A stretch of 63,999 bases of DNA, filler included, from Collodictyon triciliatum (Eukaryota): the NCBI GenBank assembly GCA_043381765.1. It is 8 parts of 8 records of this genome, joined end to end, with 100 filler letters (N's around TTAATTAATTAA, not from the genome) between each part and the next. Parts side by side here need not be neighbours in the genome. Positions count along the whole stretch, not along the records: positions 8,063 to 15,843 come from JBHJMP010003652.1; positions 15,944 to 23,901 come from JBHJMP010003653.1; 6 more parts are not named here. The stretch is one strand, 5' to 3'. The notes under the pieces were generated by a model, which saw only the letters and a list, made by a program, of their open reading frames with translations, was not told the origin of the DNA and ran no database searches. Every line of letters begins with the position of its first letter. Within the stretch, counting starts at the first letter, position 1. Positions 12,238 to 24,001 of this stretch are shown piece after piece. The translations under genes and the position numbers were made by a program.

Positions 12238-13633
12238 NNNNNNNNNNNNNNNNNNNNNNNNNNNNNNNNNNNNNNNNNNNNNNNNNNNNNNNNNNNNNNN
12301 NNNNNNNNNNNNNNNNNNNNNNNNNNNNNNNNNNNNNNNNNNNNNNNNNNNNNNNNNNNNNNNNNNNNNNNNNNNNNNNNNNNNNNNNNNNNNNNNNNNN
12401 NNNNNNNNNNNNNNNNNNNNNNNNNNNNNNNNNNNNNNNNNNNNNNNNNNNNNNNNNNNNNNNNNNNNNNNNNNNNNNNNNNNNNNNNNNNNNNNNNNNN
12501 NNNNNNNNNNNNNNNNNNNNNNNNNNNNNNNNNNNNNNNNNNNNNNNNNNNNNNNNNNNNNNNNNNNNNNNNNNNNNNNNNNNNNNNNNNNNNNNNNNNN
12601 NNNNNNNNNNNNNNNNNNNNNNNNNNNNNNNNNNNNNNNNNNNNNNNNNNNNNNNNNGTATGTCATCTCGAATATGCACATATGCACCTGCATCCTTTCA
12701 GAGCCTCAATGCTTTCATGGTGTTGTATAACATAGGATTCCGCCACGGAAATGAGTGGAATGATACNNNNNNNNNNNNNNNNNNNNNNNNNNNNNNNNNN
12801 NNNNNNNNNNNNNNNNNNNNNNNNNNNNNNNNNNNNNNNNNNNNNNNNNNNNNNNNNNNNNNNNNNNNNNNNNNNNNNNNNNNNNNNNNNNNNNNNNNNN
12901 NNNNNNNNNNNNNNNNNNNNNNNNNNNNNNNNNNNNNNNNNNNNNNNNNNNNNNNNNNNNNNNNNNNNNNNNNNNNNNNNNNNNNNNNNNNNNNNNNNNN
13001 NNNNNNNNNNNNNNNNNNNNNNNNNNNNNNNNNNNNNNNNNNNNNNNNNNNNNNNNNNNNNNNNNNNNNNNNNNNNNNNNNNNNNNNNNNNNNNNNNNNN
13101 NNNNNNNNNNNNNNNNNNNNNNNNNNNNNNNNNNNNNNNNNNNNNNNNNNNNNNNNNNNNNNNNNNNNNNNNNNNNNNNNNNNNNNNNNNNNNNNNNNNN
13201 NNNNNNNNNNNNNNNNNNNNNNNNNNNNNNNNNNNNNNNNNNNNNNNNNNNNNNNNNNNNNNNNNNNNNNNNNNNNNNNNNNNNNNNNNNNNNNNNNNNN
13301 NNNNNNNNNNNNNNNNNNNNNNNNNNNNNNNNNNNNNNNNNNNNNNNNNNNNNNNNNNNNNNNNNNNNNNNNNNNNNNNNNNNNNNNNNNNNNNNNNNNN
13401 NNNNNNNNNNNNNNNNNNNNNNNNNNNNNNNNNNNNNNNNNNNNNNNNNNNNNNNNNNNNNNNNNNNNNNNNNNNNNNNNNNNNNNNNNNNNNNNNNNNN
13501 NNNNNNNNNNNNNNNNNNNNNNNNNNNNNNNNNNNNNNNNNNNNNNNNNNNNNNNNNNNNNNNNNNNNNNNNNNNNNNNNNNNNNNNNNNNNNNNNNNNN
13601 NNNNNNNNNNNNNNNNNNNNNNNNNNNNNNNNN

Positions 13634-15140
13634 TGTTGTCCAGGATGTCGTCCTGGTGGGTGCATTGCGTGGTTATGCTTGGCTCTCGATGGGCCGGGCA
13701 GGCTCTTTGGTCTACTCTTAAGTAGTGATGGCGATTGTGAGGGGTGGTCAAGAAACCTTTGGTGATATTGTCTTCACAGATGGTCATGGGAAGCAGTTGG
13801 GCAAACAGTAGTTCCGAAGGGCTTCAAAGATCTTTGTTTGTTTGTGAATCGTAATATCATCGCGGGTGACAAAGCGTACCAACCCACATCATTTGTTTTT
13901 CTGTTTGGAGGAGCCGATTAGTCGAGAGTGGCCGATGCCGGTTGAAGAGAAGTAAGGCTGCAAATCAGGTGGAGATGAAGAGTTTTGAGGTGGTTGGGTC
14001 GGTGAAGTTGTGAGGGGATCGGAGAAGCCGGATCAGCCGTAACACCAGGTCTGAGCCCCATGTTTCGAAAGCACTCGGTTTGTGCGGTGGTCGGAGGAAA
14101 TATGAAAGCGAGTTGTGGGCATGCGGAAGAGGGACATTGTCGATGAGGATATGTTTCTTGCAGAAGGAAAAGTAAAAAAGAGCGAAGGAAGAGAGAGGGT
14201 CGCACGGGCTGAATGGAGTTTCCGTGAGGCCGATGTCTTTCGACGATGGTTCAAGATGGATATCAGAGAGAAAGGGAGATGAAAGTAACAGAAGAGGGAA
14301 AGGGAAATGCGTGAGGGACTCCTCGCTTATTGATCCTCACTCTCATGAGACTCGGATTCAACAGTTGGGCCAGGGCGGATCACAGACAAGAACGACAGTT
14401 CACCAAAAATATACTGGGTCATGGAAGCAGATCTGGTGCGGGCTGTCTTGGTTGTGTATGTGGGAGCGTTCATTCTTGATTCACTTGGGTTGTCTGGCTG
14501 ATCTCTTACTGAGGCGGTGTCGTATCCGGCAAAGACTGATTCAAAGGCCGGAGCTACTGCTTGGTTTCAACTTTCCTTGCCTTTGATCTCTTCTCAAAGG
14601 GCTCTCCTGTTCGCTCTGAAGCACTGGTCCCTGCCGCTTTCAGGGGCTCGCTTGTTTGCTGGCTGGTTCAGTTCGTTTCGGAAACACGTGGGGAGGGTTC
14701 AGGTGGCTGTCCTCCGGAAAGTGCAAAGCGAGGTTCAGAAGTGTGATCGGCTGCTTGGGTTGCTTTCTGTTGAGGCTTGGGTTGCTCCGACTTGTTGAGC
14801 TATGCGGTGTTGGGTTATAGGTTGGCCGATCGGAAATGAGTCCCCTACAAGTTTTATCATTTTCTTTTATGATTGAAAGATTGCATAAAAAAAAGGCATT
14901 TTCTATTGTGATTGAGCCTTCATCGAATATTAGATATTTCGTTCGGCCGCGATATTCAATGTGCGGTGGAGGAAGTCTATTGCCGACATAAACTTGTGAT
15001 TTATCTCTCTCAAAGCATCCGGCTCGTGTGCGTTCGATCATGTGATTGATCAAGCTTGAGAACGGTTTCGGAATGTGGTGCTTGGTGGTTTGAACTAGGC
15101 GACTAATCGCTATGGGTCTTGGGAATATCCATAATTAGTT
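13634..15140 (-). mobile_element. Decayed non-LTR retrotransposon: ORF1 remnant plus start of the ORF2 APE endonuclease
   Basis: The ORF1-like segment (WIFP...G.F.D...V...LP...RP) resembles 16966-17385. ACPQLAFIF matches SCPQLVFIL at ~39150-39180. GTGCTTTCGAAACATGG restores the APE motif VLSETW with a 1-nt insertion. Multiple stops and frameshifts. Confidence 0.5.
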
Positions 15141-15943
15141 AAATGACATTATTTATAGTTGTGGAAAAGGGTAAAATGACCCTCTTGTGCTTCGTTGGAA
15201 TAGATTTCTTTGTGCAACTTCCTCGTCCATCGACACTTCTGCCACTCTGACTCACATCAGAATACTTTATCGAGTGTACCACTCGACATGAATTAATATA
15301 ATGCAGGGAATTTTTAAAATAATAATAGTGAAAATACACTAACTTCATCTTCGAATTATTAGGGTTTGTTTTATTTATTCAATATTTGATGCCTTCAATT
15401 CCTGATTGAATTCACACGATTGGTTGGAAAGGTAATATTATATTATTCTTATTATATAGAATGATATAATATCCCAAGGAGGGGTTTGTTCACTTTGATG
15501 CAAACTGACTTGAGAAAGCGGCATCGATTGGCATGCGATTTGCAGTCGGAAATATAGGAATATCAGCACAAAACAAACTTTGCTCATATCTTGCGAGGAG
15601 ATGATAGCAACTTATTAGCATTCAAATTTGCTATGTGGTTTCATTTCTCTTCTTTCAGGCGTAACAGAAAAGAAATAAAAAAAAAACTGTGGGATATGTG
15701 GATTATTGATAAAAAAAATGAAAAATATCAAAAAAAATTCAAAGTAACGGTAAGATGTCGTATGGAAGAAAAGAAAACGATAGTGTCCCTTTCACTATTT
15801 GAGCAAAGAAACAAGTCCGTCCTTGGGACATGCCTGGCCGACGNNNNNNNNNNNNNNNNNNNNNNNNNNNNNNNNNNNNNNNNNNNNTTAATTAATTAAN
15901 NNNNNNNNNNNNNNNNNNNNNNNNNNNNNNNNNNNNNNNNNNN

Positions 15944-16169
15944 AGTCAGCAACAAAGTTGAAGAGCAGTGGTGCAAGTGGGCAGCCTTGATACACCCCGC
16001 TCTGTCTTTGAATTGCATCCGTAGGTCCGTGTGCCGTGAGTACCCTCACTGTTGCATTGTCGTGGAGTTTCTTGATAAGGCCGGTGAATCCGGTACAGAA
16101 GCCTCTTTTGTGTAGGATGGTTTCCAGTGCTTCGTGGTTCACATAGTCATATGCTTTCTCCAGGTCGTA
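15944..16169 (-). mobile_element. Non-LTR (LINE) reverse transcriptase fragment
   Basis: YDLEKAYDYVNHEALETILHKRGF...SGVYQGCPLAPLLFNFVAD, the RT motifs DxxKAYD and GVxQGxPLxPxLF. Confidence 0.93.
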
Positions 16170-16690
16170 TTTTTTTATTCGTCATCTAGTTTTGTGCAGG
16201 ATGCTAAGATTTTGGCTTTGGTTCGCTAGCCATCGTTTGCATGGACGCTACTTGGTGGCTGCGTGGCAGAGAAGTAGTCGGTACTCAGGAATTGAATCCT
16301 GCGGTTTGGCCTGTAGCCTGGGTCTTGTGCTTGCATGGGAGAGACAAAGCGAGGTTGAATCTCTTTCTCAGCTTCTTTCCACATGTCTCTTCTCACGGGG
16401 TCGGAGTAGTAGAGAACGTGCAGGTGGCGAAGGAAGCTGCTGAGGAAAGAGATTTGTATAATGTCATTCAGCCTGTTATCAGGAATGGGTTGTTGGTTGT
16501 TGAGTCTTGCTTTTCAACCAAGCTTCCCGCATCTGATTGTAAAACGCAAGCCGCGACCCGTCGAGAGCTTCACAAGTTGCAGCCAGTTCTGTTCCAAAGC
16601 TGGTGGGGAAAAACTCCCGAGTTGCACGTAAGTCTAGGAAGACCATGCAAGGAAGCCGCCTGCAAGTCTGTCTGAGCGTACAGTATTTTT
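16170..16690 (-). mobile_element. 3' end of a second retroelement (ORF2-like C-terminus, AATAAA and A-tail) abutting the RT fragment
   Basis: Frameshifted ...IIQISFLSSFLRHLHVLYYSDPVRRDMWKE...RIQFLSTDYFS, followed by AATAAAAAAA at 16179-16170. Homologous copies lie at ~20095-20400 and ~35410-35720. Confidence 0.6.
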
Positions 16691-17470
16691 GCACGGGGTC
16701 AAGCATGTCGTTTACAACAAGAACAAGGCCCGCAGACTCATAGATGTGCTCGCTTCCTTCTTGAAAGCGAACAAACTTTGGGAAGAGTCCATCCAACTGC
16801 GCTTACCCGGACAGCGAATGCCTTTGCCTGATCGCCTTCCACACTGCAGAAAACGCCCGAAAGCTTCTGGAGCTGAAGCAGGCAAGTTTGATCGATATTA
16901 TGAGCAGCTTCAGCAGAAGTAAACCAACAGAGACCTCGGTGATGCTCCACTAACAACCGCTGGACGTGTGGCCGCAACTCCTTCATGAGGAGGTGAAGCT
17001 GTTCAGACCGACCCACGTGGAGATCAAAAAGGACAAAGGCTTATTCACAGACACGGCCGTGGTGAAGCTTCTTTGTCATAAGAACCAGCTCCCTTCTAAG
17101 TTTACGGCCATGGGCAAAAAGTATCCAAAGCGCATCCTCAAAGAGCGTCCGCCAGCCGCAAACAACGAACGACAAGCAAAAGCTCCGCAAAAGAATACAC
17201 CTGCCAAGCAGACAAGCAGCAACGAGGTCAAGGAAGCCAAGACCAGGCAACAACAGAGCCTGCAAGGCTCACAGCAGATACGCGCATGCAGCGACAGCGA
17301 CGATGACATGGAAGGAAATCTCGCTTCCTCTTCAGAATCCTCGCACTCGAGCCCTCCACCGCCAACGCTGGACAAGACCGCATAACTGCTATCCTGTCAC
17401 TTTGGACTCAATCAAAAATCGCGTTGGAATTCGCCACTCGAGTTGAATGATCTGTATGTGTGAAGGAAAT
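16690..17470 (+). mobile_element. Decayed LINE ORF1 (RRM-like region, low-complexity tail) plus a conserved downstream spacer
   Basis: With one frameshift and one stop it reads ...LIAFHTAENARKLLELK...VMLH*QPLDVWPQLLHEEVKLFRPTHVEIKKDKGLFTDTAVVKLL...LPSKF... 17392-17468 is homologous to 39265-39342 (minus strand). Confidence 0.55.
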
Positions 17471-20094
17471 CACATTTTTTAAATAATTTTTGACTTTTTC
17501 TCTACTGATGTCCAAGAAGAAAAACCAGTGTGAAATTTATCAGGACTCTGCGCCGTTTCTCTTCAACTCACACAGCTTGACTGGTGGGTTTGGATAATTA
17601 TTTTATACTTTACAAGCAGTTTGATAAAAAAACCTTTAATTATGTAGGTGTAAGAGTAACCTATATGCTGGCGGCATGGAACCGTCAGAATGTGAAGTTT
17701 TTGATGTCACAAAGCGGCTGTTAAATTTTCTGTACAAGACGTTGGAGGCAAACCATAAATATGTTGGCTGCAGCACCCGTTACATTTCGACAACATACAC
17801 CTGTTTCTCAAGTTGATAATATCAATCCAAGAATATAATGGTTCAATCCGTGTGATACCTATTTCCTTCATATATTTTGTGCTTGTTTCGAAAAGTTTCC
17901 AAATCGAAATGAAGCAATAACAGAAATGTTGAAAAAGGGATTATTTGGGAGCATTCTGCAGCACCCGTTACATTTCGATTCTTGAAGGAAAAGCATGGAC
18001 ATCAAGTAAGAAAGCATGGCTCTATTAATATGAAAAGCTCATGATGAAAGTATGCAAAATATTTCAATACTAAATCCATTTAGTACGGCGCATGTACTTT
18101 TGATTAAAATAAGAGGATTTTAATACATAAATGAATGTATGATTATTAGGGCTTACGATACAACGCCAAGGACTCAATTTCACCATCGTTCACGAAGGAT
18201 TTCAATATGTAATATGAAAATATACTTGAAATGTCTTTTGATTTATTCATAATGCCCTCTTAATACTTGCATTTGAACAATACAATATTTAAACTTAACT
18301 TATGAACATCCAAAAACCCAATAACAGTGTGATTTTTACCCATTTTATCGATGCATAGTTGGCGAGAATCTCTATTCGAAGGCCGGTGTATACATGTCTT
18401 GGTAGATTATGTGTATCTCACAACCTTAAAAAATTTTGAATCATGATATTAATTGGATTTATATCACTTTTATGATTCTGATTTATAAACACCGTTTAGA
18501 AAATATAAAATCAAGCATGGTTTTATATTTGAACTCAACAGCTCCTGATAATATCTGCTTTTCCATTGATTTATCGCGAATTATCATCATGCTTCATATC
18601 AATCCATTTTTATAATCTATATTCCATTCATGCAACACGCCTCATTTTTTATGAAATGCTTACACTCTTATCATTTTGCATTAAATATTTAATTTTCCCC
18701 ACCAACGTTTTTTTATTCTTCCTTTCAATTTTGTGCAGGATGGTTGTGATGTTGGCTTTCCCCACAAACGTTGAATCAATTATACTATTTAAATGCTGAA
18801 CCAACACATTATTACCAATATGTATAGACTTTCTTTTCTATATACTGGTTGAATAATCAAACGAGGACTTATGAGGTTTTCGACTGCATGAGCAATAATC
18901 ATTTAGTTTTTCAATGTTGACATCTAAAGCTCAAGACATACTATGTACTTTGTGAATTTTTGTTCACTATAAGCGATACAACTAAGAGAGCATAGCCTGA
19001 AGAAATTTATATATATATATATTTAAAAAAAAGGCGATGTTTAAGAATTTATTCAAAAGATATTCATGCATCGACTAAATTTAATCAACGTAGAAAGCAC
19101 ATCCATTTCGATTATCTAAAAAAATATTTGCAGCGAATTACATATATTTTATATTTAACCATTCAAACTTGATTTGTTTTCGATGCTGTATTACATTAAA
19201 AATCGTTTTGTTATAATTCGCTCACAGTTATCCACTATCACACAAAGCATCAGACGATGTCCAGCCGAAACCAAATTATGAAATGTTTTTAAAGTATATG
19301 ATATTGCCTCATTCTCGTTATCATATTTAATAGTGTAGTTTTTATGACATTATATATTTTTTCATCGAATAACCTTAAACCAATTTTTTTGAATGTCGGT
19401 TTGCGGTCTTTATTCTTCCCTCAAAATGAAAACACAAGGTGTAATGTCCCATCTATAGCAACTAATCAAGATCTTTTCAATAGCTGTGACCTCATATGCC
19501 AAATGAGACGTATGAATGGAGTAAAAAGACGCCATCTTCACTAAATATTTCATATATGATTTACATTCGACATAATTTATACAAAAATTTGCTATCTTTG
19601 CAATATATTGCTTAATTTCTAAGTTTTATACGTGAATATATTAGTTACCTGCCGTACGCATAAAGAGTTCGTTCTGAGGAATGTTTGGATTTCCATATGC
19701 GAAGAGTTATTCATTTACACAATCACTTAGCTTCATGAATGGTTTTATAGATGAAATATGCATGGAAACTGTGGCCTATGTACAGGTTTTTATATGCAAT
19801 TATATATGAGTATAGTGAGTCATGGTTGTTTCAAAAATAAAAAAATATGGAATCATGAAGCCAGAAAAATCAGCGATGCCGAGTGAACATAACGCCATGA
19901 ACTTTATTAGATACAAAAGATCTATATATGATTCAGTCATAACCAAACTGTCCTTCTTGTATTCAATTTTTATATACTTTCTATTCAAAGCACACATAGG
20001 TCGATTTTTATCACGGCTCCATGACATGGTTTGGAATAAATATGTATCAAGACAACCAGGCATGATTTGATAAAACATCCTCCATGTTGATATT

Positions 20095-20400
20095 TTTTAT
20101 GCAAATCATTTTTCAATTTGATTTGTGCAAATTTAGATGATTTTGGCTTTGATTCGCTAGCTCTTATTTGCGTGTATGCTTTTTTCGGAACCTGAGGGTC
20201 AGAGAAGAAGTCGGTCATCAGGATTTGCATTCCGCACTTTGACCTTTAGCCATGGTTTTATAGCCACATGAAAGGTAAGGGGAGGTTTACTCACTTTCTC
20301 GGTTACTTTACACGCATCTCTTCTCATAGGGTTCTGACTAACGAAAACGTGAAGATGGAGAAATAATCAGCTGTAGAAATGGGAGCCATATCACATTGGT
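20095..20400 (-). mobile_element. Decayed copy of the retroelement 3' end seen at 16170-16690
   Basis: HLHVFVSQNPMRRDACKVTEK...MQILMTDFFSDPQVP...ASESKPKS. The nucleotide motif GATTTTGGCTTTG(G/A)TTCGCTAGC is shared with 16208-16230. Confidence 0.65.
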
Positions 20401-23400
20401 AGCAACGTTTCTGCATATTCACAGTCTCTGATATTTATATTCATGCACAGAACTGTTGTATGAAGAGACATCCTGCCGTGTGAGAAATGATTTCTAATTC
20501 GCTTTGATATCGAAATTTTATTAGTTCATTTTTTGACCTTTCATACCATAAAATACCATGTTTATTTCCTCTTGTCTTTATGCAGCTCACACTTTTTTGG
20601 AGTGTTAACTGAAATTGATGCCTTTTATTTTATTTAGACCACCTATTTTTAAAATGATGCTAATTCAACTAGAGTTGCTTGTATTTAGCTGTGCCATTTT
20701 GATGAAAAAGACGACATGATTGAATTGTTTTGATGAACCTACACAAGTAATTAAATTCAAGTATTTTTGAAAACGAAGCGATAATTCCAGAATTTATATA
20801 TTTTAGAATATCATTAATTCAATTTTGAACATTTACTATTTTTACATGGAGGCGAATAGACAATATGGTTATGTAATCATATATAAGTCGATATTGTCAA
20901 CGTAAGGTCTGATAACTACTATTTCAACGCAGTAACCTTTTTCATTTATCATTCCGATATATTATTTTTGCATTTTTATTCATATAGGAATGACTAAATA
21001 TATGCCTCTTGACGGACTGCTGCCGAAGCAAACGAAAGTGATAGAGGTTTTTTTACTCTAAATCTATATTTTTTTACTTCACACATGGAAATCGATTGAT
21101 ACGGGGACGATTGAATTTAGTCGGCTTTAATGATTACGTCAGTTTATTCTTGTCCAATTTCAATAACTGTAAATGACTATAGCCACTGCGCAACCAAATT
21201 GCTTGCATTATGAATAATGCAATATTGATATAAAATGTTGTATTCATGATTATGCCTTCATTAATGAGAAAACTTAATATTCTTTTATACCACGCAGGAA
21301 CCAGTTGGAGGCCTTTGAATATCCAATTTAGCCGAAAGTAGATGAATTTGTTTGCTCATGAAGTTGCTTATCTCATGGTCTATTACGTAACCTGCAATGA
21401 AAGATTATATTAAACAAATGCTTTTATTTTACGTCATTTTCTTTTACGTGATTAAAATAAAAGATTTATAAATTTATGTCAGTTTCATGCCGCATCGCTA
21501 ATCTGGGTAATATTATAATAGCTCAATACAGCACATTTTTTTATCATTTTTTAAATTTGATTCAATCGAAAAATTTGTTAAGCAAAAAGAGGTGTTTATA
21601 TCAGTATCATAAGAATCTCGAGGTGTATTTTTCAATTTATCTTGTATTTCCAATGCATTTGTCTTGTCTAATGACGAATCAGAATTAACATATGAATGAA
21701 CAATTTTAGTCATACTTGGGTTTATAAGAACAAACCAGCTGATGAGAGAAAAAAGATGATTTAATATCAAAGTTTCAGTTACCAACCAACGATGGTATAT
21801 GATTATTATTTTGAGGAGTTATCTATTCCAATAGTATTAATTAAGTCATATTTTGAATTATTTCCATCGTAAAAAATGACATAGAAATCATCTTTTGTAC
21901 CTGATTTTCGCTAATTTTTCACCCGCTTTGAATCCAGTGTAGTTCATCGTAAAAGGACACGAGACAAAACAACCAAGGGAAAGGGAACTGTTCGGTCTGC
22001 TGCTACTACCGAGGAGAGAGGGGTGGTTGGATGACGGCACCCAGTTTTTCCGGTGTTATAAGGGAATGGTCTAAATAAAGATTTGTGGGGTGTGGGATGA
22101 GTTGTTGTGTGAGAAAAAGCAAGTCTCAATGTTGTCCATGAATTTCATAAAATAATAATAAAAAAGCATTTCAATATATATTTGATGTGTTAAATAGAAC
22201 GCGACGGAGCGGGTATGCAATCACAAAATCATATTCTATAGATTTTTATAAATTACTATTTTCATGTAGATTTATACGATTTGTATTTTATTCAAAGAAA
22301 TCAATATGTCAATTATTCCAAAAAATACAGTTGTGTTTGTTCAGTGCAATTATATTTTGCTTTTCATAAACAATCAAAGCATGTTACACCAGCGATGCCC
22401 ATGCCTGCAAATTTCAGAACTTATCTTTTCTATTCTATTAAAAATACTATGTGAAAGATGAATTTTAATTTTGCAATGGCTCTAATTTGCCAGCTGAGTC
22501 TATTTGTTATGAAACCGATAGGAGTCCTTGCCAAAACCGATTGCCACGTTTACCACGAAAGGAGTATTGTATTCTATGCATATTTCATTATTATATTATC
22601 CTTATTACTCCAGAGCAACTATCTGCTCGAAACCCTTTATGCCTCAGTTCGCTGCCTGTGATACCACACCTTCCCTCGACTCGGCTAGTATGCACACTCC
22701 ACAACAGGTAATTCTCACCCACACAAATCGTTGCCTCGCTTCGGCTGCCTTTTCGTTGGTGCATGGTAAGGAGCATGAATTAATTTATATCCAAATGAAA
22801 ATAAATGGCATCTATTAGATGTTTACTGAAGCTCTTGTAGCTGATTTTATTTCTTTTTTTATTTTTTTCTTGTACATAATAAAATCATGGAGAACGAAAG
22901 CGCAAGCTTGAAGCAAACACAACCAAGCACAAGAACGGAGCCCTCCGCTCGACCAAAGCTTCCCAGCCACATCTGTTCACTAGTAAAAGAGCGCTCGGAA
23001 GCACATGTGCAGATTCGGCTGCCACATCCGCCTTCGAGGTAAGCACAAATGCCCAGAACTACCACGCCCACATACATGTAAGGAAATAAGAAGCCCAAGT
23101 TGTGAAAGACATTGAGTGGCTCATTTAGGAGACTATGAACCAGCTATTCGATTAACTTCAAAAATGCACATCATACTTTCCAAAAGAAATAAACGCGGGG
23201 AGAGAGAGCAAGTTAATACTTATCCGTTCTTTTTTTCCCGCCGATACAAAGAGAGGTCAGCTTTTTGCTACCCATCATCCGTGGCATTTCTCGTGGCTTC
23301 ATCAAGGAAAACATTGAAAGTACGTGAAAAACAAGCATTCATATTAGCAGTATTCATCAAATGTTCAAACGTGTTTCGATTAATGAAGCGCTGAACTAGA

Positions 23401-24001
23401 ATCCGGCATCAGAACTACGCAATCATTTATAAAAAAAACTTCAATGTTACGTTTCCCTGTCTTTCATAATCCGTCCCAGAACGCAAGAAAAAACCAAAGG
23501 AAAAAATCATGGTAAACGCCATCACAAAATACTGACAGACCGAGCATCCAAGCATAGAAAGACAATGTCGATTATTTTAAATCCAACCACGCGGTGCTAT
23601 GGAAGAATCAGCATCGCTCAAGCAAGAAGCAACTTTCACAGGAGCTCTCCATAAAGAGTTGACGGGTTATTAGAAACGCACTCCACACTGAAACAATCTG
23701 GGCTAACAACGCAAGGTAAAGTAATATCAAGATAGTAATATTTCTATTTTATATTCGAAGTCTATTATTTTACAAATTTAATTCCTAACAAGACTTTTTT
23801 TCATGATTTGTCTGTTAATCAAAGGTACTTATGGAAAACATGCTTACGTTGAATGAAAGGCGAGCAGATAAACCTTGGAAAAGTTGAGCGGTGGTCTTGG
23901 TNNNNNNNNNNNNNNNNNNNNNNNNNNNNNNNNNNNNNNNNNNNNTTAATTAATTAANNNNNNNNNNNNNNNNNNNNNNNNNNNNNNNNNNNNNNNNNNN
24001 N

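Noticed and set aside
12095-13787. Long ORFs composed of X (also 30140-30838 and 4201-4693)
   Set aside because: They merely read through N gaps.
16610-16650. Possible metacaspase-like FLD-x-CNSG motif on the minus strand
   Set aside because: It needs an ad hoc frameshift, has no upstream catalytic His-Gly, and the segment is better explained as a retroelement 3' end.
22887-23630. Two similar peptide starts, MENESASLKQ and MEESASLKQ
   Set aside because: The Ser codons are of different classes (AGC versus TCN), there is no further similarity, and the second frame stops early; probably chance.
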